A stretch of 27,651 nt of DNA, taken from positions 1-27,651 of the IMG/VR virus record IMGVR_UViG_3300032290_000065. One strand, 5' to 3'. This stretch comes from a virus. Taxonomy: Duplodnaviria; Caudoviricetes. Made by a program: the position numbers and the translations under genes. Positions within the stretch are counted from its first letter, which is position 1. Each line of letters starts with the position of its first letter. Shown in pieces: positions 18,301 to 24,472 of the stretch. The notes beneath the pieces are model-generated. The model ran no database searches. It was not told the DNA's origin and was given only the letters and a program-made list of their open reading frames with translations.

Positions 18301-21300
18301 CCAGACATAATTGAGTTTGTTAACTGATTTGACAAATCTCCAATTGCTTGCCCACCTTTTCCTATGGCATTTTGTTCTGAAAGTCTTTTTGTAATGGCCT
18401 TACCTTCTTCTGTCTGAACAAAGGCTTCTCCATATGTTGTTTTACCAGTTGCCGAAGCAGTCATGTTGAAAGAATTTTTTCTTTTAAGATCCATTTGCTC
18501 TGATGCTGTTACTTTATTACCAAACTTTGCTATACTATTTATTGCAGAAGTAGATCCTTTAAACTTCTCTCCCTGTTCCAGAATTTCGTCTGCTGCTTTA
18601 TCAAATGCCATTCTTAAAGCAGCCATTGCTCCTACAGTTGCTAATAATCCAATTGCAACTGCAGCCATAGGACTCTTTAGCATTGGAAGAACCATTGAAA
18701 GACCCATTAAAGGCATCATTAGTTTTGTAGATATTTCTCCAACTTTTCCTGGTGCCATAGAACCAATCATTGTTGCACCTGCTGCAATGCCAACTCCTGC
18801 GGTTACGCCACCACCTTTACCTTTAAATTTTGCTACTCCTGCTTGAGCCTTTGCTCTGAGTTTTTCCCTTCGACTTGGCTCATTGGCTGCAGCAGAGGCT
18901 GCTGCTTTTTCACTAATAACTTTTTGCTGATATGCTACCTGCTCAGCAATCTGGCTCTTAGTGTATCCTTTTCTGCGTAAAGATTTTTCAAATGGAGTTA
19001 TAGCAGTTCCAGGTTCAGCACCATACAATTTAGTTTTTGATGCTCTTGCCATTGATTGTGTTTTTCTTTGTTGTCTTGCTTCTTGTCTTTCAATTTTTTG
19101 TAGTCTTCTTCTTACAGACTTTGCGTCAGCATCCATCGGTCCCGTGCCATATAGAGCAGTTCTGGATGCTGCTGCTGCAGACTGAGATAGTGTTGTTCCA
19201 ATATTAGCGCCAACTGCTCTGGCCTCTGGGATAGACCCTTTTGCTCCTGCTACTACCGCACTTGCAGTTGTAGACATTGCATCTGGAGCATTTGATCTTC
19301 CACGAATTACAGGTCTCTGACGAACTGCTGGAGCAAGTTCTGCTGGAGCAAGTCTTGAATCCTTTGGACTGCCCGTGTCTGATTTAAATGCACCATTATT
19401 TGGTTCTGTTGGTATTGGCTTTGTCTTTCCCTTTTCATCTTCAAGAACTTCATCGGGCTTTACTAAAATCATGCTGTGCTTTTGATGTAGTCTTCTCCAG
19501 TCAACAGATAGTCCTACCTTAAGTCTTTCTAGCATTTTTAAATATTCAGGCTTTAAAGGATCTGAGTTAGACATTTTTGCAACATAAGGCTCCATTAGTT
19601 TAATCTGTCTACTAATTTCTTTTTTCATTTCCCTATCATATTGATCTGGTGTTAGGTTTAGAGCAATGTCTTTGGTTGCATTAGCAAACCAGTTTGGAGA
19701 ATTTTGTGGTTTTCCTTTACTTTTTTCTGGAATGCCCTTTAGGTTTTCTTCTGCCATCTGTTCTAGAGATGGCATATTCTTTGAAAATTCTTTATCTAAA
19801 GCACCAGATGCTCTATCAAAGACACCCATGGTGCCTCCGTCTGTCATTACATTTCCTCCGAGATTACCTGCCTTAAGGTCTTTGTCTCCACGAAGGCTTG
19901 CTGCAACCAACTGCTTAAAATATTCTGCTTGAGTAAATTTCTTTGGAATATTGTTTGGATCAAACTTTTTATCAAAGGGAGACTCTAAAACAATTATCTT
20001 TCTTTTACCTTCTGGATCTGTAGGATCAATCATTGTCCTAACTTTTTGTACTGGAGCATCAAGTCCTTGAACTTTTCTAGCAAAGTCTGTTGCTCTTTGT
20101 TCTGCCAAAGCATCCAACTCGCTCATCATTGGTTTTACAAAAACTCTCTTGCCATCTGGCTTTTCGTAAACACCCCCGATTTCACGAACATCAAAACTTC
20201 TTCCACTGCTTCCTGCTATTTGTTTTCCAAAATCTGTAGGCTTCTTCTTTCCAGTTTTAGTGGTTTCTGCAACTCTTGATATCTCTTTTAATCTTTCTTG
20301 CTGGCTTTGGGCTTTTTCCATATTCTCTGCAATTAATTCTGGTGCTCTGACTGGTGCACCTGCAGGTGTCTGACTTATTCCTGGTGCGGTTCCTGCTCCA
20401 AGGCGATTCATGTTTGTTGTTGTTGGCTCAGCAAGCGGTATTCCCATATAGGTTCCATCGTGTAGTGTAACGGTAGAACTTCTAGTTACAATCTTGTCGG
20501 TACGACCCGCCCCTGTTCCTGGTCCCGATTCAATAGTAAAAGACTTGATGTAGGTTTTTCCAGTGTCAGGATCAATAGTAGACGCTGCATGCTGTAGAAT
20601 TTCTGCACTTCTTGCTGGTGTGTTTCCTAAACCTTTACCCATGTTAAACAGGTAGTCTGTTGCATAAAGTCTTTGAGCCTTTTTTAATCCTTCATCATTA
20701 GGGCTTACAACTTTTGGAATTTCTTCTTTAAATATTCTATCAACTATTCCGTCTGTAATCATTGGGCCCTTGACATCTGCAAATGATCTTAAGAATGCAT
20801 CGTCTATCGCTTGTGCCTGGACTGGGGTCATTCCTGAAAGATGCCATTTACCTGCACCTCTGCGTTTCCACTCATCAATAAACTCTTGCTTTGAAACGCC
20901 CACTGTAGGCATTTGTTTGTTCATCCACTCAGGCCACTCAAATATTAGCCCATGCTTTGTTGTTGTAACTGCCTCCATGCCCTGAGACTTAAAGATCTGG
21001 GACATTGTTATGAGTTTGTTTCTTTGATCAGGAGTCATATGAGGGTTTGAATCAATGACCTCTTGAATACTCTTTGGAGTACTCTTTCCTCCAACATGTG
21101 TTTTGTTAGTTACGTTATTGTCTTTTACAATTTCTTTAGGTACTCCAACAGGTTGTACATCGCCTTCTCCAGTATTAAATCCTTGAACAGTTTGGCCTGC
21201 AATCATTCTTGCAATTACTGGCTTGTTGCCTGGGTCTTGTGCAGCACCTGCTGGAATAACTGCTTCTCCAGGAGTGAGCATTGCTGGAACTGTGTCTTGA

Positions 21301-23327
21301 TTTCCTGATCCTGGAACTCTTCTTGTTCCTGTAGAAAACTTCTTAGGTCCTGGCATCCTCTTGCCAGCAGGTGGTCCAGTAAATCCCATTTGTGCTGCGA
21401 TTGCTCTTCTATATGCATTTGCTAAGTTATTAACTGCTGTTGCTTCAGATGTAAAGGTTTGATTTAATTTTTGATGGACTTGATCAAGAGATGCTGCTAC
21501 TGCTGAGGCTTCTAACTGTTCCTTAGTTAGATAGTTTGTCTGCTCCCCCAAAACTTTGCTAGAATTTCCTGTTTTGTTATACATAGACTTCATATTTGCA
21601 AATAGTTTAATTATGTTAGCAAAAGCATTTGCAACTAGTCCAATTGTCATAAGCAGGACTGGTCCTATTCCTGCAACTGCAACAGTAAAGATAGTTAAGA
21701 ATTTTTTACTACCGTCTCCTAGCCCATTAAACTTTTCAAGAATCTTTCCAACAAACTCAACAATAGGTGTTAGCGCTTTTAAGAACTGTTCTCCAACTGG
21801 AGCAATAGCCAACTTAAGATCTTCCATTGACTTTTTAAATTTATAGGTTGTTGTGTTTTGGACCTTGTCTAATTCTCTCTGTGATAAGATTGCAAGTTCT
21901 TCTGTGGTTGCTTGCGTTAGTTGAAGCACTCTATTTGCTTGTGTACCCTGCGCCGTTACATTCTGAAATAATGTAGAAAGTCTTGAGAATTGGAACTTAC
22001 CAAACAACTGTTCAATTGCTCTTGCACGGTTGAGTGGATCTAGTGTATCAAGTGCTTGTGAAAAGCCAACAACAGTTGCCTTAATGTCTCCAGCATTTCC
22101 TTCAACAATTCCTTTAATGTTAATTCCAAGATCAGCAAGAAATGCACTTGCTTTTGCAGATGGATTAATTAAAGATGCAAGACCAGACTTAAGTGCGTTG
22201 GCGCCTTCTGATGCATTAATTCCACCTTCTTTCATTGCTGTAAGGAAGAATGCTAAATCTTCTACATCTCCACCTAGTTGCTGAACAACTGGGCCAGCCT
22301 TTGGAATTGCAATTGTTAAATCTTCAATTGATACAACAGTCTGGTTTTCAACTGCGTTAAGGAAGTCAATCTTTTTAGCAAGATCTTCTGTTGCTACTCC
22401 AAATGCATTAGTTACTGAAATAGTTGTTTCTAATGCTTGCTCTTGCTCTACTCCACCAAGAACGGCAAGTCTGGTTGCTTGTGCAACCTGAGCCATAAGT
22501 GCTGCTCCTTGTTTACCCATTGCTGCTGCATCTGCAGCCATCTTCATTGTATCTTCTACAGCAACTCCATACTTTGTATATTCTTTTGCAAGAGTCTGTA
22601 TCTGCTTAATCATTGCATCAGTTTCTTCTTGCGTTGTAAACAGTTCTCCGTATACACGCTTGAACCTAATTGCCTGCTCTTCAAGTTTCATAAATGTCTT
22701 GGAAGCAGTTACTCCAAGCATTGCTAGAGGAACAGTGAAACCAACCATTAACTGGCGACCAGCCCACTGAGTATTCTTACCAAAGTTTAGAAGGTTGGTT
22801 GATCCTTGCTTTAATAATTGATTAAGTAGTTGCTGTCTTTGTGCTGCAATGGCTGTCTGTGTACCCAGATTTTTCATATCAAGGGTTAGAGGTCTTACTG
22901 CAATTGCTTGTAGAGCACCGTTTGCTCCACGACCCAACTTTATATATTGGGTTTGAATATCTTTTACACGCTCTCGTGCTACCTTGTTTATTGTCTCAAA
23001 TTCAGACTTAAATAGTCGGCCAAAGGTCTTTGTTGCTGCGCCAGTGTATCTAAAATATTCTCTAGATGTTAACTTGTTTCTTTCTAAAGAATCAGTAAAA
23101 TGCTCTGTGCTTGATGTTACTGATCGCATAGATGCCTGGAATTGTCCAGTAGCATTTATGCTGTTCATCAAGTTCTGTGCTTGATTTGCTGCCACCGCTG
23201 CTGCTGCGGTGCCAGACTTTGCCATTTGTGTATGGAAGGCTGATATTTGACGTTGCAGAAGTTTTAGACTTGCTAAAGCATCAGACGTATCAATATTTAC
23301 ATGAATATTGGATTCTACATCAGCCAT
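12357..23327 (-). CDS. Giant tape measure protein (TP901-family N-terminal domain) with embedded kinase-like cargo domains
   Basis: 3656 aa between the chaperones and Dit; TP901-type TMP block (LTAMKEGGINASEGANALKSGLASLINP, AIEQLFGK), several hydrophobic segments, long coiled coil, and a C-terminal NNTYTLTVNAKTDANPNEIAQTV cap; GAGGTG SD. Confidence 0.93.
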   Translation of the reverse strand: MADVESNIHVNIDTSDALASLKLLQRQISAFHTQMAKSGTAAAAVAANQAQNLMNSINATGQFQASMRSVTSSTEHFTDSLERNKLTSREYFRYTGAATKTFGRLFKSEFETINKVARERVKDIQTQYIKLGRGANGALQAIAVRPLTLDMKNLGTQTAIAAQRQQLLNQLLKQGSTNLLNFGKNTQWAGRQLMVGFTVPLAMLGVTASKTFMKLEEQAIRFKRVYGELFTTQEETDAMIKQIQTLAKEYTKYGVAVEDTMKMAADAAAMGKQGAALMAQVAQATRLAVLGGVEQEQALETTISVTNAFGVATEDLAKKIDFLNAVENQTVVSIEDLTIAIPKAGPVVQQLGGDVEDLAFFLTAMKEGGINASEGANALKSGLASLINPSAKASAFLADLGINIKGIVEGNAGDIKATVVGFSQALDTLDPLNRARAIEQLFGKFQFSRLSTLFQNVTAQGTQANRVLQLTQATTEELAILSQRELDKVQNTTTYKFKKSMEDLKLAIAPVGEQFLKALTPIVEFVGKILEKFNGLGDGSKKFLTIFTVAVAGIGPVLLMTIGLVANAFANIIKLFANMKSMYNKTGNSSKVLGEQTNYLTKEQLEASAVAASLDQVHQKLNQTFTSEATAVNNLANAYRRAIAAQMGFTGPPAGKRMPGPKKFSTGTRRVPGSGNQDTVPAMLTPGEAVIPAGAAQDPGNKPVIARMIAGQTVQGFNTGEGDVQPVGVPKEIVKDNNVTNKTHVGGKSTPKSIQEVIDSNPHMTPDQRNKLITMSQIFKSQGMEAVTTTKHGLIFEWPEWMNKQMPTVGVSKQEFIDEWKRRGAGKWHLSGMTPVQAQAIDDAFLRSFADVKGPMITDGIVDRIFKEEIPKVVSPNDEGLKKAQRLYATDYLFNMGKGLGNTPARSAEILQHAASTIDPDTGKTYIKSFTIESGPGTGAGRTDKIVTRSSTVTLHDGTYMGIPLAEPTTTNMNRLGAGTAPGISQTPAGAPVRAPELIAENMEKAQSQQERLKEISRVAETTKTGKKKPTDFGKQIAGSSGRSFDVREIGGVYEKPDGKRVFVKPMMSELDALAEQRATDFARKVQGLDAPVQKVRTMIDPTDPEGKRKIIVLESPFDKKFDPNNIPKKFTQAEYFKQLVAASLRGDKDLKAGNLGGNVMTDGGTMGVFDRASGALDKEFSKNMPSLEQMAEENLKGIPEKSKGKPQNSPNWFANATKDIALNLTPDQYDREMKKEISRQIKLMEPYVAKMSNSDPLKPEYLKMLERLKVGLSVDWRRLHQKHSMILVKPDEVLEDEKGKTKPIPTEPNNGAFKSDTGSPKDSRLAPAELAPAVRQRPVIRGRSNAPDAMSTTASAVVAGAKGSIPEARAVGANIGTTLSQSAAAASRTALYGTGPMDADAKSVRRRLQKIERQEARQQRKTQSMARASKTKLYGAEPGTAITPFEKSLRRKGYTKSQIAEQVAYQQKVISEKAAASAAANEPSRREKLRAKAQAGVAKFKGKGGGVTAGVGIAAGATMIGSMAPGKVGEISTKLMMPLMGLSMVLPMLKSPMAAVAIGLLATVGAMAALRMAFDKAADEILEQGEKFKGSTSAINSIAKFGNKVTASEQMDLKRKNSFNMTASATGKTTYGEAFVQTEEGKAITKRLSEQNAIGKGGQAIGDLSNQLTNSIMSGAMDMNQAKSLAMNAGRQAGDITMGIKVIAQIEQILGPNGQDLDKNPLQVRLDMIAKNSKNMKSSAALAASGGDGFVGGNMVRKLAGKKTMQIAGIGASALGGAAAGAGIGTFIGGPIGAAIGGGIGAAVGAAFGYFTSKKYVKQAAVLGATAAVDAKIAMEQNKQMLDSFDMYYQKKVEELRLQGKINEANELQGKYIEKRNDLTAAQALLQEDVVSQYDGAGSLQESMMSGMKKATTAKYKNDPNQLAYLDSVNQQAGDLRSSGLITSGQEYLIQAKMASGDIPPSVFRTLLGLAAENQDIAPMMMNIITQFSGATSESIGVAAGVILDSKGDINKTVQTEFITKVNAFEKDSDALDFTKNIIKLNNANKVIPSDILVSYYSADTTESKDAYAKLNAALDGIESMKDIKVQQVYELIPELKNSEAFDEVYFNSLKTDAEKRTYVQTIASTIYVEDPVLAASDDFIDWQKSPTTMIGKKNYGGLSYASLPIATQLALYREEQGFKAVTEGVGVDTSIVPPTTPDGSGGKTQSSPLDDLVKKLRDVRKNQIKVTEGWSASRKALDGLFGGKKTLDAFSGIENDLRKIGGSEDFIELIVGMDPKVYEEKKKSLFKFDNKGNIIGLKKDAKNIQEALNSIAMGDFNSKTEAETNVIEDQAIAFAKLASIGIPVADAYSIVENAGLAQAIAMEKNSKSVAKLATNYKILTAAQLKSAAVKGVGTDIDKFKKDRVQEARIKKKFDPATAFAIDSDENLKAMENVIATQQSKVNNLIKKGADKEVIKTAQADLNTLISDFDTRLAQLKSTVGFMQDMFDKGFGDAMESFDVQETELQLKFKVDTKEKDKIVTDAQNAISAIQYKVDDKEAALKGIEDQEQKINDKYDKRIEALDEIEKANSAISNQQKGQLSLAEALTSGDIAAAARAAQEMSAQAAADAVAKQRDAIEQSRQYELGSLTGLDKTDGKLKTRKQLEEEIKNLQDEVFKIEEEKIEPAQEFIRLRQVQLDKDIEGITVLGRTRDAWEAIKNQVDLALIKSAAFVDSMGLAISTQANLIAGYKAEVGGKDGAFINGQAFVPEKGFEGETPADKAAREKKAAEDKAAADKKIADDKIAADKIAADKVAADKALADKALLEELEKARMLRGRGRGGGFGGYGGLLMMASGGVVPSAFESGLYAKGTDTVPAMLTPGEYILRKDAVNKYGVKNLDAMNVGYYHKGGPVGHRHGRNAPETTASSSGLGKFFGKGDRDPSKTGANNNSWLARYARSRAETDKETQATLNKSPLTSWMEADVLGLTGFLKTITGQATTEDKFNGVFFPLNFLGIGKLGKEGTKAAAPLIKETGGLLSKLGPMFSKSIAGPVSRVSNDMFGSIKSAGSAVIKPIKELFLPAANPHYNIKNSFIDGLQRGKARMGLINDTVEIKKVEKAMVPLIEKMNAAGYVKETPYGSWMLKGTHNIPYNPKNAIEEGHPLWDNLLALSAKEFELQRVQQRPAKNAGYYASVAGSLVKKAKDKLTTIFPSLGQKAVGFKLPGQISEKALEIGQALARQQGSDGVQGGINSTFRAVLDGVPGFYKTGLEFADVQREMFGSIFARASGLIAPANVPVFRKGAEVADGVFSPDVAAQGAQTLKALTAKAGTLGQEFDRVSDPAMAAASGLRSAIMSGMRFVDTHDGNVTLNPETLVPGLIDFGRSLDYMPQAPTVEALASELSKPLLTFTGASKNVWKETAITSALSAGIGKGVDILEAFSKKDILKMLKGAGYKGEELKKNAELILESIKVTGQASARVAEDLKVKAEVWARLLPGQPTPPGLTAPPVLVPGTIKELAPPMNPIKAAALAIGGGAAALGSIIWATPEPKLEPKPEPKPIGNRGGSKYMPLALSSGGIVPKYFAQGGFSIGTDTVPAMLTPGEFVMSKYAVDSYGVDNMKKINSGADIGGAVYNNTYTLTVNAKTDANPNEIAQTVMSQIRTVNDRRVRGINANVRN
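12582..12614 (-). repeat. DTVPAMLTPGE motif copy 3 (aa 3572-3582)
   Basis: Exact 11-aa repeat, in context SSGGIVP...GTDTVPAMLTPGEFVMSKYAVDSYG. Confidence 0.95.
12920..13700 (-). other. HipA/PI3K-like atypical kinase domain 2 within the TMP (boundaries approximate)
   Basis: Gly loop GGINST, beta3 Lys (FYK, K3246), helix Glu (QREM), GLIAP, catalytic loop D3341-T-H-D-G-N, metal-binding IDFG (D3360). Confidence 0.8.
14739..14771 (-). repeat. DTVPAMLTPGE motif copy 2 (aa 2853-2863)
   Basis: Exact 11-aa repeat, in context ASGGVVP...GTDTVPAMLTPGEYILRKDAVNKYG. Confidence 0.95.
14919..15055 (-). repeat. 15-bp tandem repeat encoding (A/D)ADK(I/V/A) pentapeptides in the TMP
   Basis: Plus-strand unit CTTATCTGCTGCAA(C/T), about 3 near-perfect and several degenerate copies; protein ADKKIADDKIAADKIAADKVAADKALADK. 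Confidence 0.9.
19480..20240 (-). other. HipA/PI3K-like atypical kinase domain 1 within the TMP (boundaries approximate)
   Basis: GGVYEKPDGKRVFVK (K1065), ALAEQ helix Glu, GLDAP, catalytic loop GDK-D1150-L-K-A-G-N, then T-D1163-G-G in the DFG position. Confidence 0.7.
21264..21296 (-). repeat. DTVPAMLTPGE motif copy 1 (aa 678-688)
   Basis: Exact 11-aa repeat, in context FSTG...VPGSGNQDTVPAMLTPGEAVIP. Confidence 0.95.
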
Positions 23328-23345
23328 CCATTAACACCTCTTTAT

Positions 23346-23672
23346 TTAGTTATTTGCAAGGTTGCCGAGAAGTGATGCCTCAGAAAGTTTAATTCCTGAT
23401 GCCTCTTCGACAATCTTGTATACTGTTGGAAGGTCTAGATTTTCTTCTAGGGCTTCCTTGTCTTCTGCCAATTCTGGCTTGTATTGACGCATTGCTATTT
23501 GTACACAGTCGATAAGCAAGTCCATAGACTTTTCATTATCGTCTGCAACCTTTGCAATATCTTCAAACTTCTTCATAAAAGGACGAAGTAGTGAAATTTT
23601 AAGCGGTCTAACTTTGATCTTAGTACCATCAATTAGTGTTACTGTGTTTTCTTCTGTTGTGGCAGTTGCCAT
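23346..23672 (-). CDS. Tail assembly chaperone, short gpG-like form (start revised to MATATTEE, 108 aa)
   Basis: Small acidic protein between the major tail protein and the TMP; AGGAGG SD 5-6 nt before the ATG at 23672; homologous to the N-terminal half of the adjacent gene. Confidence 0.8.
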   Translation of the reverse strand: MATATTEENTVTLIDGTKIKVRPLKISLLRPFMKKFEDIAKVADDNEKSMDLLIDCVQIAMRQYKPELAEDKEALEENLDLPTVYKIVEEASGIKLSEASLLGNLANN

Positions 23673-23696
23673 TTGGCCCTCCTTATAAGGTTTAGT

Positions 23697-23707
23697 CAAT
23701 TATACCA
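23697..23707 (-). promoter_or_regulatory. Extended -10 promoter for the short chaperone and TMP
   Basis: TGGTATAATTG in the intergenic gap, 26 nt upstream of the ATG; no -35. Confidence 0.65.
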
Positions 23708-23727
23708 TAGCGCAGGCCTATTTTTGA

Positions 23728-24408
23728 TTAATCGTAAGACTCATAATCAAGACCCATGCCTATTCCAAAACCAGCCCTCTCAGCAGATGCGCCTTGTAAA
23801 GCCAGAATATCATTACCATCACCAGTTGCACCTTTGCTAAAGACTCTGGCCTTCATGTCTTCCCACGCATTACCGCTACCAGAATTTTTATCTAAATCTA
23901 CACCCTGCATAGCAGCAGTAAATTTTTTATCTCCATAGTCTAATTCTCTTTTTATTTTTAATGTGGCTGTTAGTTCTTGCATTGACATAGAGGATTCTAG
24001 TTGATCATAGTCTTTCCATATACCAATTAAAAAAACCTCTGATTCTAGTTTTGCTAAATCTAATGTATCCCAGGTTGATCCACTATCAACTGCTTGATCC
24101 TTAACAGGATCTTCTGACTTCTGGTTAATTTTAATCCCTGCTGCTATATCGATCACTTCATATATAGTTGGCAAATCAAGGCTATCCTCTAAGTCTTCTA
24201 TTGTTTTTATAGATGGGCAATATTGTTGCATTGCAATAAGAGCACAGTGAGCCAGAACAGATATTGATTCGTCATCTGTTTTTGCTTCCTTGATTGTTTC
24301 AAAGGTATCTAAAAATTCTCTTAAATATTTTATTTTCAATGGTGCAGCAACTACCACTCTATCATCTACTAATGATATTTTTTTTGTGTCATATATTCTT
24401 GTTGCCAT
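23728..24408 (-). CDS. Tail assembly chaperone, long gpGT-like form (start revised to MATRIY, 226 aa)
   Basis: N-terminal ~100 aa paralogous to the short chaperone; C-terminal W-x-D-Y-x-x-LESSMSMQEL block resembles gpT-type extensions; leaderless start. Confidence 0.75.
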   Translation of the reverse strand: MATRIYDTKKISLVDDRVVVAAPLKIKYLREFLDTFETIKEAKTDDESISVLAHCALIAMQQYCPSIKTIEDLEDSLDLPTIYEVIDIAAGIKINQKSEDPVKDQAVDSGSTWDTLDLAKLESEVFLIGIWKDYDQLESSMSMQELTATLKIKRELDYGDKKFTAAMQGVDLDKNSGSGNAWEDMKARVFSKGATGDGNDILALQGASAERAGFGIGMGLDYESYD

Positions 24409-24412
24409 TATA

Positions 24413-24423
24413 CAAGTATACCA
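24413..24423 (-). promoter_or_regulatory. Extended -10 promoter, leaderless
   Basis: TGGTATACT-TGTATA-ATG, no SD; abuts the U-tract of the upstream terminator. Confidence 0.65.
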
Positions 24424-24456
24424 AACAGAAAGGCCCAACCCCGAAGGATTGAGCCT
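24423..24456 (-). terminator. Intrinsic terminator after the major tail protein gene
   Basis: Minus strand AGGCTCAATCC-TTCG-GGGTTGGGCCT-TTCTGTTT: 11-bp stem (2 G-U pairs), C(UUCG)G tetraloop, U-rich tail, 16 nt after the stop. Confidence 0.88.
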
Positions 24457-24472
24457 CTCATATTAAGTTGTA

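Noticed and set aside
2114-21418. Short alternative-frame minus-strand ORFs nested in dnaB, the hub gene and the TMP (e.g. 13769-14005, 14927-15148, 21215-21418) as candidate immunity genes
   Set aside because: No recognisable domains; 14927-15148 is just the off-frame reading of the 15-bp repeat. Cannot be fully excluded without ribosome profiling.
12357-23327. Intein/Hint, lytic transglycosylase, Rpf or M23 peptidase domain explaining the TMP size
   Set aside because: No intein splice motifs or LAGLIDADG, and no muralytic signatures recognised by eye; a profile search could still find remote ones.
23328-23400. Programmed frameshift or readthrough fusing the short chaperone to a T domain or to the TMP
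   Set aside because: No slippery heptamer seen; stop codons in all three frames around the gene end, and two in-frame TAA codons before the TMP ATG.
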